The notes: generated from the letters alone by a model not told the origin. 61,637 nt of DNA from Parcubacteria group bacterium GW2011_GWA2_48_9 (GCA_001003705.1 LCPQ01000006.1:1-61637); one strand, 5' to 3'. Positions 33,217 to 45,757 are shown, counted from the first letter of the stretch. Made by a program: numbers and translations.

Positions 33217-34062
33217 ATGCTGATAGACACACACTGTCATCTCAATTTTAGCGCATTCAAAGACGACATCGGTGACGTGATCAAACGGACGATCGATGGA
33301 GGGATGCGTGTGATTAATGTAGGTTCGCAGAACACTACAAGTGAGCGTGCAGTCAAACTGGCGAAAGAATACCCCGGGAAACTCTTTGCCGCCGTTGCAC
33401 TTCACCCAATCCACCTCCACTCCACGTTCGTTGATGAGGATGAAGTTGCCATCCCTTTTCAGACGCGCGCGGAGGAGTTTGATCCCGACTTCTACGGCAA
33501 GCTTGCGCAGGAGAAAGAGACTGTCGCCATAGGAGAATGTGGTCTGGACTATTTCCATGTTCCACAAGACGTGGACGAACAGTCATTCAAGAAAAAGCAG
33601 AAAGAAGTATTTCTGGAGCACATCGAACTTGCCGAGAAACACCATCTACCGATGATTCTACATTGCCGCTCGATGAAAAGTGACCCGGCGGCAGCCTATA
33701 TGGAATTACTTGATGTTCTCCAACACACTGGATTTACCCGTGGAGTTCTGCACTGCTTTAGTTCGACACTCAACGTCGCGAAGGCGTTCATCAACGCCGG
33801 TTTCATGGTTTCATTCACGGGTATCGTAACATTTCCGAATGCAAAGGAGGTTCATGAAGCAGCGAAGTGGATACCTCTCGACCGTCTTATGGTTGAAACA
33901 GATGCGCCGTATTTGGCTCCACAGCAGGTTCGGGGTAAGAGGAATGAGCCGCTCTATGTTCGTTATATCGCGGAGAAAGTTGCCGAGTTAAAGGGCGTCC
34001 CTCTCGAGGATGTTGAGAAACAGACGACAGAGAATGCCGAAAGGTTTTTTGGGCTAGAGTAA
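33217..34062 (+). CDS. tatD: TatD-family metal-dependent DNase/hydrolase
   Basis: MLIDTHCHLNF, GECGLDY, LHCRS, HCFS, ETDAPYLAP. Confidence 0.9.
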   Translation: MLIDTHCHLNFSAFKDDIGDVIKRTIDGGMRVINVGSQNTTSERAVKLAKEYPGKLFAAVALHPIHLHSTFVDEDEVAIPFQTRAEEFDPDFYGKLAQEKETVAIGECGLDYFHVPQDVDEQSFKKKQKEVFLEHIELAEKHHLPMILHCRSMKSDPAAAYMELLDVLQHTGFTRGVLHCFSSTLNVAKAFINAGFMVSFTGIVTFPNAKEVHEAAKWIPLDRLMVETDAPYLAPQQVRGKRNEPLYVRYIAEKVAELKGVPLEDVEKQTTENAERFFGLE

Positions 34063-34338
34063 ATTTGTCCGATCGCACCCACAGAGAGGTGCGCTCTACG
34101 TTATTAACATAGCGCAGGCCGCCGTGCCTGCGATGCGTTGCAAATAAAAAAGAGAGCCACCAAGTACATAGTACTCGTGGCGAATAAAGGGGGGAAAGAG
34201 CGGATTGGGGAGAGAAGGAGCGAAGGAGGGAGGGATTGGGGGTGTGGAAAAGTGAGGAAGAACAGTGAAGGTATTGATGATAGTCTACACGCAATTTCTT
34301 CCCTAAACAATAGTACCCTGTGGATAACTCGCCAACTT

Positions 34339-34367
34339 TTGCTTTTTAGGCATTTTTTCGATAAAAT
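34339..34367 (+). promoter_or_regulatory. sigma70-like promoter giving a leaderless rmuC mRNA
   Basis: TTGCTT-17 nt-TAAAAT. The -10 box ends 6 nt before ATG 34374. Confidence 0.5.
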
Positions 34368-34373
34368 AAGCAT

Positions 34374-35444
34374 ATGGATATTCTAGTCGTCATCTTAGTG
34401 GTCATCACACTTATTGGCATTTGCCTGGTGTTTTTTACTTTGCGAAGGAAAGAAGGGACGGATCCGTCGGCACAGAAGGAATTGCACGAAAAGATGGTCC
34501 GACTCGAAGAACGCATCGGACAATTAAATGAGAAGTCGAGTGAGCAAACACGCGTGCTGGATCAAAAGCTCGGTGAATCCACCCGCGCTATCCAACAACA
34601 GTTCGGGCAATCAGCGAAGATTATACAGGACGTCACTGAACGGTTAACAAAGTTGGATGAAACGAACAGGCAAGTGGTCAATTTTGCAGACCAGTTGCAG
34701 AACCTACAGGATATCCTGAAGAATCCCAAACAACGCGGCGTGTTGGGTGAATATTTTCTCGAGGAGACACTCAAGAACGTTCTGCCACCGAATTCGTACA
34801 AAATGCAGTACAAGTTCAACGACGGTGAGATTGTTGACGCCGTGGTATTCGTAGAAGAAAAAATCATCCCTGTCGACTCAAAGTTCTCACTCGAGAATTA
34901 TGAACGCATTTTAAATGAACGTGACGAATCGGCGAGAGCAGAGCTGGAAAAACAGTTCAAGCTTGATTTAAAGAATCGCATAGATGAAACGGCGAAGTAT
35001 GTGAGGCCCGAAGAAAACACGATGGACTTCGCGTTTATGTTTATCCCGTCAGAAGCCATCTACTATGACCTGTTGGTAAACAAAGTCGGTGCCGTACAAG
35101 TTAACACACGGGACCTCATTGAATACGCGTTCAAAGAAAAGCATGTTATTATAGTTTCGCCGACAAGCTTCCTCGCGTATCTTCAGACGGTTTTGCAGGG
35201 GTTACGCGCTCTTCAAATAGAAAAGTCGGCGAAAGAGATTCGCAAGAATGTCGAGCAGCTCGGCAAACACATTGCAAGCTATGATGCGTTTATGCAAAAG
35301 CTGGGCCAGCACCTCGGCACGACGGTCAATACCTATAATACGGCATACAAAGAATTCAAAAAAGTTGATAAAGACGTTTTGAGAATTGCCGAAACCGGCG
35401 GTGACATCGAACCAATGGAATTAGAAAAACCTAAGGAAGAATAA
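34374..35444 (+). CDS. rmuC: DNA recombination protein RmuC
   Basis: N-terminal TM, coiled coil, then the RmuC nuclease-like region GVLGEYFLE...VDAVVF...IPVDSKF...FMFIPSEAIY. The start lies 6 nt after a TAAAAT -10 box, so the mRNA looks leaderless. Confidence 0.88.
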   Translation: MDILVVILVVITLIGICLVFFTLRRKEGTDPSAQKELHEKMVRLEERIGQLNEKSSEQTRVLDQKLGESTRAIQQQFGQSAKIIQDVTERLTKLDETNRQVVNFADQLQNLQDILKNPKQRGVLGEYFLEETLKNVLPPNSYKMQYKFNDGEIVDAVVFVEEKIIPVDSKFSLENYERILNERDESARAELEKQFKLDLKNRIDETAKYVRPEENTMDFAFMFIPSEAIYYDLLVNKVGAVQVNTRDLIEYAFKEKHVIIVSPTSFLAYLQTVLQGLRALQIEKSAKEIRKNVEQLGKHIASYDAFMQKLGQHLGTTVNTYNTAYKEFKKVDKDVLRIAETGGDIEPMELEKPKEE

Positions 35445-35445
35445 T

Positions 35446-35775
35446 ATGACAACACCCGTCTACATCGAACACGGTACGCCGCCCAAGGAAACACCGCCGC
35501 CGACACCCCCGAATACGGCGCCGTACTTCGTTTTTTTCCTGGGCATCGTGGGGTATGCCATGACAATTTTCGGGCTTCTGGTGTTACGCGGCCAGTTCCA
35601 ACTCGGCACCGAATTGAGCGACAACGTGAATTATGGATTTTATTTGGTTTTCTTCGGGTCATCGACAATTGTAGCAGGGGTAGTGAGGAACCTCTACGTG
35701 AAATCAGTCCACTTTGCCATTACTCAAGCTATTATTCTTTTTGTGTTATTTCTCGTTGTTGTGGTGTTTGCTTGA
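35446..35775 (+). CDS. small three-TM membrane protein with Pro-rich N-terminus
   Basis: The start is coupled to the rmuC stop (TAATATG). Helices YFVFFLGIVGYAMTIFGLLVL and AIILFVLFLVVVVFA. Confidence 0.55.
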   Translation: MTTPVYIEHGTPPKETPPPTPPNTAPYFVFFLGIVGYAMTIFGLLVLRGQFQLGTELSDNVNYGFYLVFFGSSTIVAGVVRNLYVKSVHFAITQAIILFVLFLVVVVFA

Positions 35776-35817
35776 AGCATATAAACGTACCTGTTTTCCA
35801 GTATTGAAGGATTATAC

Positions 35818-36600
35818 ATGTTAGTAGTTAAAAACCTTACCAAGCGATTCGGCGATATTGTTGCTGTTGACAGTATTTCATTCGAAGCGCATGAGGGTGA
35901 GATTTTCGGTTTACTCGGGCCCAATGGCGCCGGGAAGACTACCACGATCAGGGTTATTGCCACCGTACTGGAGGCGACCGGCGGCACTGCTGAAGTTGCC
36001 GGGTTTGATATTAGGAAGAACCCGGAGGATGTCCGTAGGAATATTGGTGTACTAACTGCAGATATCGGCCTGTACGACCGCTTTACGGCACGTGAGAATT
36101 TGCGTTACTTTGGTGAACTCTATGGGTTAGGAGGAGAAAAGCTCGAGAAGCGCATTGACGAGTTGATCCACGTTCTTGATATGGGTCGGTTTGCGGATCG
36201 TCGGGCGGGTAAATTTTCCACCGGCATGAAACAGAAAGTAGCCATCGCGCGCTCGATAGTGCATGACCCGAAGGTGATTATCTTCGACGAACCGACTGCG
36301 GGGCTGGACGTTCTCGCATCACAGACGGTGGTGCGATTCATGAAAAATGCTCGCGAGATGGGCAAGCTCGTCGTGTTATCGACGCACAACATGCATGATG
36401 CAGAGAAGCTCAGTGACCATGTAGCAATTCTCCACCGCAGCAAGCTTGTCACTACTGGGTCGGTGAGCGAAGTATTGCAACGGGCCGGTGCTGCCAACCT
36501 CGAGGACGCATTTATAAAAATTGTGGGAGATGACGAGGCAAAAAGCACCGAACGTGCCCGTGAACTTGAGCAACTCGCAAAAGCGGGTAAGAAGAAATGA
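35818..36600 (+). CDS. ABC transporter ATP-binding protein (ABC-2/NatA-like)
   Basis: Walker A GPNGAGKTT, signature FSTGMKQK, Walker B IIFDEPTAGLD. Confidence 0.9.
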   Translation: MLVVKNLTKRFGDIVAVDSISFEAHEGEIFGLLGPNGAGKTTTIRVIATVLEATGGTAEVAGFDIRKNPEDVRRNIGVLTADIGLYDRFTARENLRYFGELYGLGGEKLEKRIDELIHVLDMGRFADRRAGKFSTGMKQKVAIARSIVHDPKVIIFDEPTAGLDVLASQTVVRFMKNAREMGKLVVLSTHNMHDAEKLSDHVAILHRSKLVTTGSVSEVLQRAGAANLEDAFIKIVGDDEAKSTERARELEQLAKAGKKK

Positions 36601-36601
36601 C

Positions 36602-37795
36602 ATGAAGGAAATTTATACAGTTTGGAAAAAAGAATTACTCGACAATTTACGCGACCGCAGGACGCTGTTGACGGCAGTTCTGATGCCAATCGTGCTCATG
36701 CCCGTCATTCTCATTGGGACATTCAAACTCCAGGAGTACACTATCAAACGGGCTGAAGAAAAGGTTATCACCATCGCAGTGGATTCGAAGCAGTCTGCAC
36801 CGACGTTGATCTCATACCTTGAATCGCAGGACAAGCTTCAATTAAGCGAAGTGCCGCCTGACATATTCGAGTCGAAAATTGACGACGGGTCGCTGAACAT
36901 CTACTTAGGCATTCCTGAAACGTTTGAAAGTGACTTTTCCGCCGAAAAGCCGGTGGAAATCAAGGTGTACCATAAGAGTTCAAATGTTGATTCTTCTTCT
37001 GCATCACAGCGGGTGATGGTAATGCTTCAGGTATTTAATCAGCAGTCGGCGGCGCAGCGGCTCGGAACGAAAGGCATACCACCGGAGGCGCTCATGAGCA
37101 TTATTCCGACTCCAGAAGACACAGCCACCACCCAAGAACGCGGAGGGTTTTTCATTGGATTTCTTCTGCCTATGTTTCTCGTTATATTTGCCATCACTGG
37201 CGGTATGTATATCGCTATCGACGTTTCGGCAGGGGAAAAGGAACGGAAAACGCTCGAAGCGCTATTATTCGTTCCAGTTTCAAGGTTTAAACTAGTGATG
37301 GGTAAGTATTTAGCCGTTGCCACTACTTCGACAGTCACCATTATTCTGTCACTCGGATCGCTCTATACTGCTTTCAAAGCATTCCCGCCGTCTGGCTTGC
37401 TTGGCGACGAAGTTGTCATCGATTTGAGCATAGGCGCTATTGGAATCATGCTGCTCGTTGGAATTATTCTCGCAATTATGTTCGCAGGCATGCTGCTCTC
37501 CGTGGCTATTTTTGCTAAGAGCTATAAAGAAGCCCAAAATTACATATCACCGTTTTATTTGGTTGCTATCTTTCCCATCGCTATCGTAAACTCAATTCCC
37601 GACTTTAAGCCAACAGAACCACTATTCATCGTGCCTGGCGTCAATGCCGTATTCGTTGTTAAAGAACTTTTGCTGGGCGTCTTTGATGTCACCCACATAC
37701 TTATTACGATTGGTTCGCTCCTGTTCTTTGCTGTCACAGCAATTGTTATTGCCACCAAGATCTACTCAAAAGAAGGAATACTATTTCGGGACTAG
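36602..37795 (+). CDS. ABC-2 type transporter permease (NatB-like)
   Basis: ATG 36602 (MKEIYTVWKKELLDNLRDRRTL) lies 1 nt after the ATPase stop. An N-terminal TM and large extracytoplasmic loop are followed by 5 TM helices. Confidence 0.85.
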   Translation: MKEIYTVWKKELLDNLRDRRTLLTAVLMPIVLMPVILIGTFKLQEYTIKRAEEKVITIAVDSKQSAPTLISYLESQDKLQLSEVPPDIFESKIDDGSLNIYLGIPETFESDFSAEKPVEIKVYHKSSNVDSSSASQRVMVMLQVFNQQSAAQRLGTKGIPPEALMSIIPTPEDTATTQERGGFFIGFLLPMFLVIFAITGGMYIAIDVSAGEKERKTLEALLFVPVSRFKLVMGKYLAVATTSTVTIILSLGSLYTAFKAFPPSGLLGDEVVIDLSIGAIGIMLLVGIILAIMFAGMLLSVAIFAKSYKEAQNYISPFYLVAIFPIAIVNSIPDFKPTEPLFIVPGVNAVFVVKELLLGVFDVTHILITIGSLLFFAVTAIVIATKIYSKEGILFRD

Positions 37796-37827
37796 GAAAA
37801 TAGTGGTATTCTGCTCTAGATACATCC

Positions 37828-37856
37828 TTGACGCCATTCCATCATGGGCATATTCT
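37828..37856 (+). promoter_or_regulatory. sigma70-like promoter
   Basis: TTGACG-17 nt-TATTCT. Confidence 0.55.
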
Positions 37857-37896
37857 TTTTGGAGAAGTAAAAACAAACCCAGAAAGGATCCTTTCC

Positions 37897-38304
37897 ATGA
37901 GTGTTCACGATGTTCACGCGAATTCACACATAGGCTCTCTCGGAGGCTTATCCATGCCTAAGGTTGTCGGAATACCTGAGCTCACACGAATGCTGTGTGA
38001 CGCCATCACCTCGTCAGGAACGAGGGAGGTTGGGAGTACCATTGAACTCGATTTACTGCCCCTCACGGGGACAAGCGCGTTACAACCCCTCGATCGTGAT
38101 GAGCGGGAGGTAGACAAGATCTGCACGAAGCTTGCCGAAGACCATCTGAAGTGCGGCGCTTTGCCTCCCGTGGTTTCCGGGATCATTGTGAATAGTTTCG
38201 CTGCCGGGAATCCTGGTTGCCTCGTTGCCGATCTCGTTCGCGAGGTCCACAAGGCATTGGTTCAGGGGGGAGTAATACTCGCCCCTGAAGTCATCGAAGT
38301 GTAG
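37897..38304 (+). CDS. orphan 135-aa protein, unknown function
   Basis: ATG 37897 follows a TTGACG-17-TATTCT promoter (37828-37856) and an SD embedded in the palindrome GAAAGGATCCTTTC. Terminator at 38327-38358. Confidence 0.5.
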   Translation: MSVHDVHANSHIGSLGGLSMPKVVGIPELTRMLCDAITSSGTREVGSTIELDLLPLTGTSALQPLDRDEREVDKICTKLAEDHLKCGALPPVVSGIIVNSFAAGNPGCLVADLVREVHKALVQGGVILAPEVIEV

Positions 38305-38326
38305 CCCGTTGCACGATCCGTTCTTT

Positions 38327-38358
38327 AGCCCCTGGTTTTTCCCGGGGCTTCTTCTTTA
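38327..38358 (+). terminator. intrinsic terminator
   Basis: AGCCCC-loop-GGGGCT, then TCTTCTTT. Confidence 0.6.
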
Positions 38359-38423
38359 TTAAAACAAATTCGCTAATGTTAGCTAAAAAGTAAAAACATG
38401 CCCCCTTGGTGAATCAGGGGGTC

Positions 38424-38452
38424 TTGATTTATAATAAGATTTGTATTAGTAT
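38424..38452 (+). promoter_or_regulatory. sigma70-like promoter of the atp operon
   Basis: TTGATT-17 nt-TAGTAT, 20 nt upstream of ATG 38473. Confidence 0.55.
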
Positions 38453-38472
38453 GTCAGCCAACTTGGGTAATA

Positions 38473-38763
38473 ATGCGCTTGACGACTATGTTAGAAAATG
38501 GCCAAAACGTACCCTGGTGGGAGCCGGCGCTCAAGCTGTTCGGGGAGGTAACCGGTCTCATAGCCGCCCCCATCGTGATAGCGCTCTACGTGGGGCGCTG
38601 GCTCGATGAAAGATTTGACACAGACCCGATCTTTTTCATAGGCATTACGGCCATGGCAATGATTTTATCCACTATTGCTATCGTCCGCATCTCAACTCGC
38701 TATATGAAGGAAATGGAAAAGAATGACAAGAAAAACAATGGAAACACAACAAGTAACAAATGA
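38473..38763 (+). CDS. atpZ: AtpZ/AtpI-like small membrane protein of the ATP synthase operon
   Basis: GEVTGLIAAPIVIALYVGRWLDERFDTDPIFFIGITAMAMILS matches the ATPase_gene1-type two-TM pattern. It is the first gene after the promoter at 38424-38452. Confidence 0.7.
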   Translation: MRLTTMLENGQNVPWWEPALKLFGEVTGLIAAPIVIALYVGRWLDERFDTDPIFFIGITAMAMILSTIAIVRISTRYMKEMEKNDKKNNGNTTSNK

Positions 38764-39643
38764 AGAAATTCTCCAAGCCGAACAGGAATTGTTTGGCGGC
38801 GAATCAGCTTCCACGGAGGTTCAGGAAACAGCCACCGGAGAAGTAAGCCATGAAGTCACCCTCTTTGCCGAACCGGTATTTTCGATCGGAGGGTTTACAG
38901 TAACTAATTCACTACTCAACTCATGGATTGTTGTAGCCGCGCTCATCGTTCTCGCTATGGTACTCCGGAAGAAGTTGCGTACGATTCCGTCTAAGTTCCA
39001 GGGGACAGTTGAAATGATCATAGATGGTGCGTTGGGGCTAGCTGATTCGGTCACCGGAGACCGGAAAAAAACGCTTAAAATATTTCCCGTTGTTTTTATC
39101 ATCTTCCTTTTTATTCTGCTTAATAACTGGCTTGGCATGCTTCCAGGGATTGGATCAATCGGCTATGTGACACTTGAAGAAGGCCATCAGGTATTTATTC
39201 CATATTTTCGGGGTGCGACTGCCGATTTCAATACCACTCTGGCACTCGCCCTGCTATCGGTCATTGCTTCAAACGTTTTTGGCATTATAGTGATCGGTGG
39301 CTGGAAGTATCTCAATAAGTTCATTAATATAAAAGCGCTCGTTGAAGTGCCAGGAAAACTCAAATCAAATCCAGCTATCGTGTTTGTTAATCCGATTAAA
39401 TTCTTTGTCGGACTGATTGAAATTGTCGGGGAAGTGGCAAAAATTGCTTCACTGTCTTTTCGGCTTTTCGGCAATATATTCGCCGGGGAAGTGTTGCTTG
39501 CCTCTATCGCCGTCATTTTTGCCTTTGCATTGCCCATACCCTTCCTTTTCCTGGAGATTATAGTAGGATTAATACAGGCATTAATTTTCGCGATGCTGAC
39601 GCTTGTGTACTTTACGGTTGCTTCCACGGCAGAGGAACATTAA
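38723..39643 (+). CDS. atpB: F0F1 ATP synthase subunit a
   Basis: C-terminal SLSFRLFGNIFAGEVLL (essential Arg) and multi-pass topology. There is an N-terminal ~60-aa extension, and the start may be ATG 38738. Confidence 0.9.
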   Translation: MTRKTMETQQVTNEEILQAEQELFGGESASTEVQETATGEVSHEVTLFAEPVFSIGGFTVTNSLLNSWIVVAALIVLAMVLRKKLRTIPSKFQGTVEMIIDGALGLADSVTGDRKKTLKIFPVVFIIFLFILLNNWLGMLPGIGSIGYVTLEEGHQVFIPYFRGATADFNTTLALALLSVIASNVFGIIVIGGWKYLNKFINIKALVEVPGKLKSNPAIVFVNPIKFFVGLIEIVGEVAKIASLSFRLFGNIFAGEVLLASIAVIFAFALPIPFLFLEIIVGLIQALIFAMLTLVYFTVASTAEEH

Positions 39644-39657
39644 TGAGTCGTTTATAA

Positions 39658-39954
<297 letters not shown>

Positions 39955-40017
39955 TCGTGTTTCAGGCGGGGCCGTTCCGCGGTCGCGGGACGAGCCTCGA
40001 AGTAAAACGAGTATTCT

Positions 40018-40515
40018 ATGGACGAATTTATCCAAACATTTCATGTCGACTGGAAACTGTTGGTCGCACAGCTGATCAATTTCTCTGTAGTATTGTTTGT
40101 TGTGTGGCGGTTTGCTCTCAAGCCGCTAATGAAGACGATGGCAGACCGTTCCCAGAAGATTGAAAAGAGCCTCGAAGACGCCAAGCGGATTGAACGTGAG
40201 TTAACTGGTGCGGAAAAAACACGCGAAGAAAAACTCTTACAAGCGCGTAAGGATGCGCAAGATATCATCGATGGTGCCGCAAAGGAGGCAGAACGTATTA
40301 AATCGGAAAAAATAGACGAGACAAAGCGGGAAGCCGCTGATGTAGTTGAAAAGGCAAAAATGCAGATAGCCTCCGAGAAAGAAAAGATGGTAGCTGAAGC
40401 ACGGAAAGAAGTCGGAGGGTTAGTGATAGCTGCTACAGAGAAAATTGTCAGAAAGAAGCTTGATGACAAGGCTGACCACGCCCTGGTCGAAGAGGTTGTT
40501 ACGTCAATGAAATAA
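40018..40515 (+). CDS. atpF: F0F1 ATP synthase subunit b
   Basis: Single N-terminal TM (LVAQLINFSVVLFVVWRF) followed by a long charged helix. Confidence 0.88.
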   Translation: MDEFIQTFHVDWKLLVAQLINFSVVLFVVWRFALKPLMKTMADRSQKIEKSLEDAKRIERELTGAEKTREEKLLQARKDAQDIIDGAAKEAERIKSEKIDETKREAADVVEKAKMQIASEKEKMVAEARKEVGGLVIAATEKIVRKKLDDKADHALVEEVVTSMK

Positions 40516-40516
40516 T

Positions 40517-40912
40517 ATGCGTAAGATTACGCCGCGCCAATACGCCGTAGCACTGCTAGATGCGTATCACGAGACTCCGGAATCACGTCGAAATGAGGTG
40601 CTCAAGCATTTTCTGTCATTGGTAAAAAAACACCGTCGTTGGAAGAAAATCAATCAAATTATATCAGCGTTACGTGAAATTTCGAATCAGCGCGAAGGTA
40701 AAGTAGCTATTCGGCTCATATCAGCACGGCCATTGGCTGCTGAAACTACTCATGCGCTTGAACGTCAGCTTACCGGTATTCTCAACGCGCAAGCAGTCAT
40801 GAGTCACGAAACTGATACGACGCTCATCGGCGGTGCGAAAATGCTCGTCGGCGATACGCTGGTTGACGGGACGGTGAAACACTCATTAGAAAAACTTCAA
40901 TCATCATTTTAA
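40517..40912 (+). CDS. atpH: F0F1 ATP synthase subunit delta (short, 131 aa)
   Basis: Position in the operon and the C-terminal LIGGAKMLVGDTLVDGTVK (OSCP motif). Confidence 0.8.
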   Translation: MRKITPRQYAVALLDAYHETPESRRNEVLKHFLSLVKKHRRWKKINQIISALREISNQREGKVAIRLISARPLAAETTHALERQLTGILNAQAVMSHETDTTLIGGAKMLVGDTLVDGTVKHSLEKLQSSF

Positions 40913-40927
40913 TACGCAAGAATTCGT

Positions 40928-42439
<1,512 letters not shown>

Positions 42440-42460
42440 ATCTACGTAGTTTGTAATCCT

Positions 42461-44756
<2,296 letters not shown>

Positions 44757-44768
44757 CTTTTTTAACCT

Positions 44769-44842
44769 GTCATTCTTAGGAGTCTGACGACGAAGAATCT
44801 CCGTTATTGACCACCGAGATCCTTCACTCCGCTCAGGATGAC
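44769..44842. repeat. inverted pair of short hairpin repeats (GTCATYCTKAG...GAAGRATCTC family) between atpD and atpC
   Basis: 44769-44801 reads GTCATTCTTAGGAGTCTGACGACGAAGAATCTC. 44816-44842 is the reverse complement of GTCATCCTGAGCGGAGTGAAGGATCTC. The right arm ends 8 nt before the atpC ATG. Confidence 0.75.
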
Positions 44843-44850
44843 AAAAGAGT

Positions 44851-45279
44851 ATGAGTAAAATCAACCTAGAGATCACCACTCCCGAACGCGTCATCCTCAA
44901 AGACGAGGTTGATGAATTAGTTCTGCCTACCCCCAACGGGGAGATTGGCATTCTTCCGCACCATATTCCCGTCGTGTCCCTCTTGGCTCCCGGTGAGATC
45001 CGCATAACCAAAGGCGGTAGCGTAACAAACATGGCCGTGTCAGGCGGTTTTATTGAAGTGCAGCCCGATAAAGTCATTGTCCTTGCAGACACTGCCGAGC
45101 GAGCCGAGGAAATTGACGAACAACGGGCCGAAGAAGCCAGACAGCGTGCGCAGAAATTGCTACAAGAAAAGCGGCTTGATCAGGAGCAGTTTACCGCCCT
45201 TTCCGTGAAAATTGAGAAGGAGCTCGCAAGGCTGAAGGTAGTTCGCCGCAGGAGAAGGGAACCCCGTATTAGTCCATAA
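44851..45279 (+). CDS. atpC: F0F1 ATP synthase subunit epsilon
   Basis: LEITTPERVILKDEVDELVLPTPNGEIGILPHHIP, with a C-terminal helical hairpin. Confidence 0.92.
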   Translation: MSKINLEITTPERVILKDEVDELVLPTPNGEIGILPHHIPVVSLLAPGEIRITKGGSVTNMAVSGGFIEVQPDKVIVLADTAERAEEIDEQRAEEARQRAQKLLQEKRLDQEQFTALSVKIEKELARLKVVRRRRREPRISP

Positions 45280-45349
45280 AATCCTCACTAAGTCCAACTA
45301 TGTTGAAGTTTATGCTGTTTTTTATGTTGCGAAAAGACGTCCTCGCTGA

Positions 45350-45452
45350 CCCCGTTAGAAAATATTCCAAACGTTTTATCTAATTAATTTTTTTTTTGCC
45401 CTTTTAAAATCTAAGGCATTCGAGACCGCTTGGTGTACATTTCCTAACGGGG
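45350..45452. repeat. inverted repeat CCCCGTTAGAAAAT / ATTTCCTAACGGGG flanking an AT-rich loop with a T10 run
   Basis: The arms lie at 45350-45363 and 45439-45452 (13 of 14 positions complementary). The T10 run is at 45388-45397. The right arm abuts a -35 hexamer. Confidence 0.7.
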
Positions 45453-45481
45453 TTGACTTTTTGCATATTCAAGAGTATGCT
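45453..45481 (+). promoter_or_regulatory. sigma70-like promoter with conserved upstream CTAACGGGG element
   Basis: TTGACT-17 nt-TATGCT, preceded by ATTTCCTAACGGGG. Confidence 0.55.
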
Positions 45482-45607
45482 AGCCCGTAAGAAAAAAAGG
45501 AGGGTAAAACGTACAGTATTATTCAATGGCCGTTAACGCTCGTAAAACGGCTCGTCAACTGGGGTAATGGAAACAGCCCCTATGACACACACGAGTACGT
45601 CCCTGGA

Positions 45608-45757
45608 ATGAAGTGCCCGCGGTGCCACAGCGGTGTGGAATTGATAGAAGATCTTGCATACTACCGAGGAATGTACCACTGCCCGCATTGTGGGTACCAC
45701 TTCCGGGTTGAGTTCATTCAGCCCATTGGTAAAAAGCCGACCAGCCCCGTAGCGTAG
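45608..45757 (+). CDS. 49-aa zinc-ribbon mini-protein (below the ORF-track size cutoff)
   Basis: My translation is MKCPRCHSGVELIEDLAYYRGMYHCPHCGYHFRVEFIQPIGKKPTSPVA (CxxC...CxxC). A promoter lies at 45453-45481 and the terminator overlaps the stop. The frame is open back to 45491, so the start is uncertain. Confidence 0.5.
   Translation: MKCPRCHSGVELIEDLAYYRGMYHCPHCGYHFRVEFIQPIGKKPTSPVA

Noticed and set aside
34138-34386. The 82-aa plus-strand ORF and the 89-aa minus-strand ORF in the tatD-rmuC gap.
   Set aside because: These are low-complexity translations of an ~87 percent purine tract. There is no SD, and they overlap the rmuC promoter and start.
45527-45568. The 13-codon ORF MAVNARKTARQLG as a gene.
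   Set aside because: It is too short to support, and it lies 22 nt from the SD. It is mentioned only as a possible leader element of the zinc-ribbon ORF.
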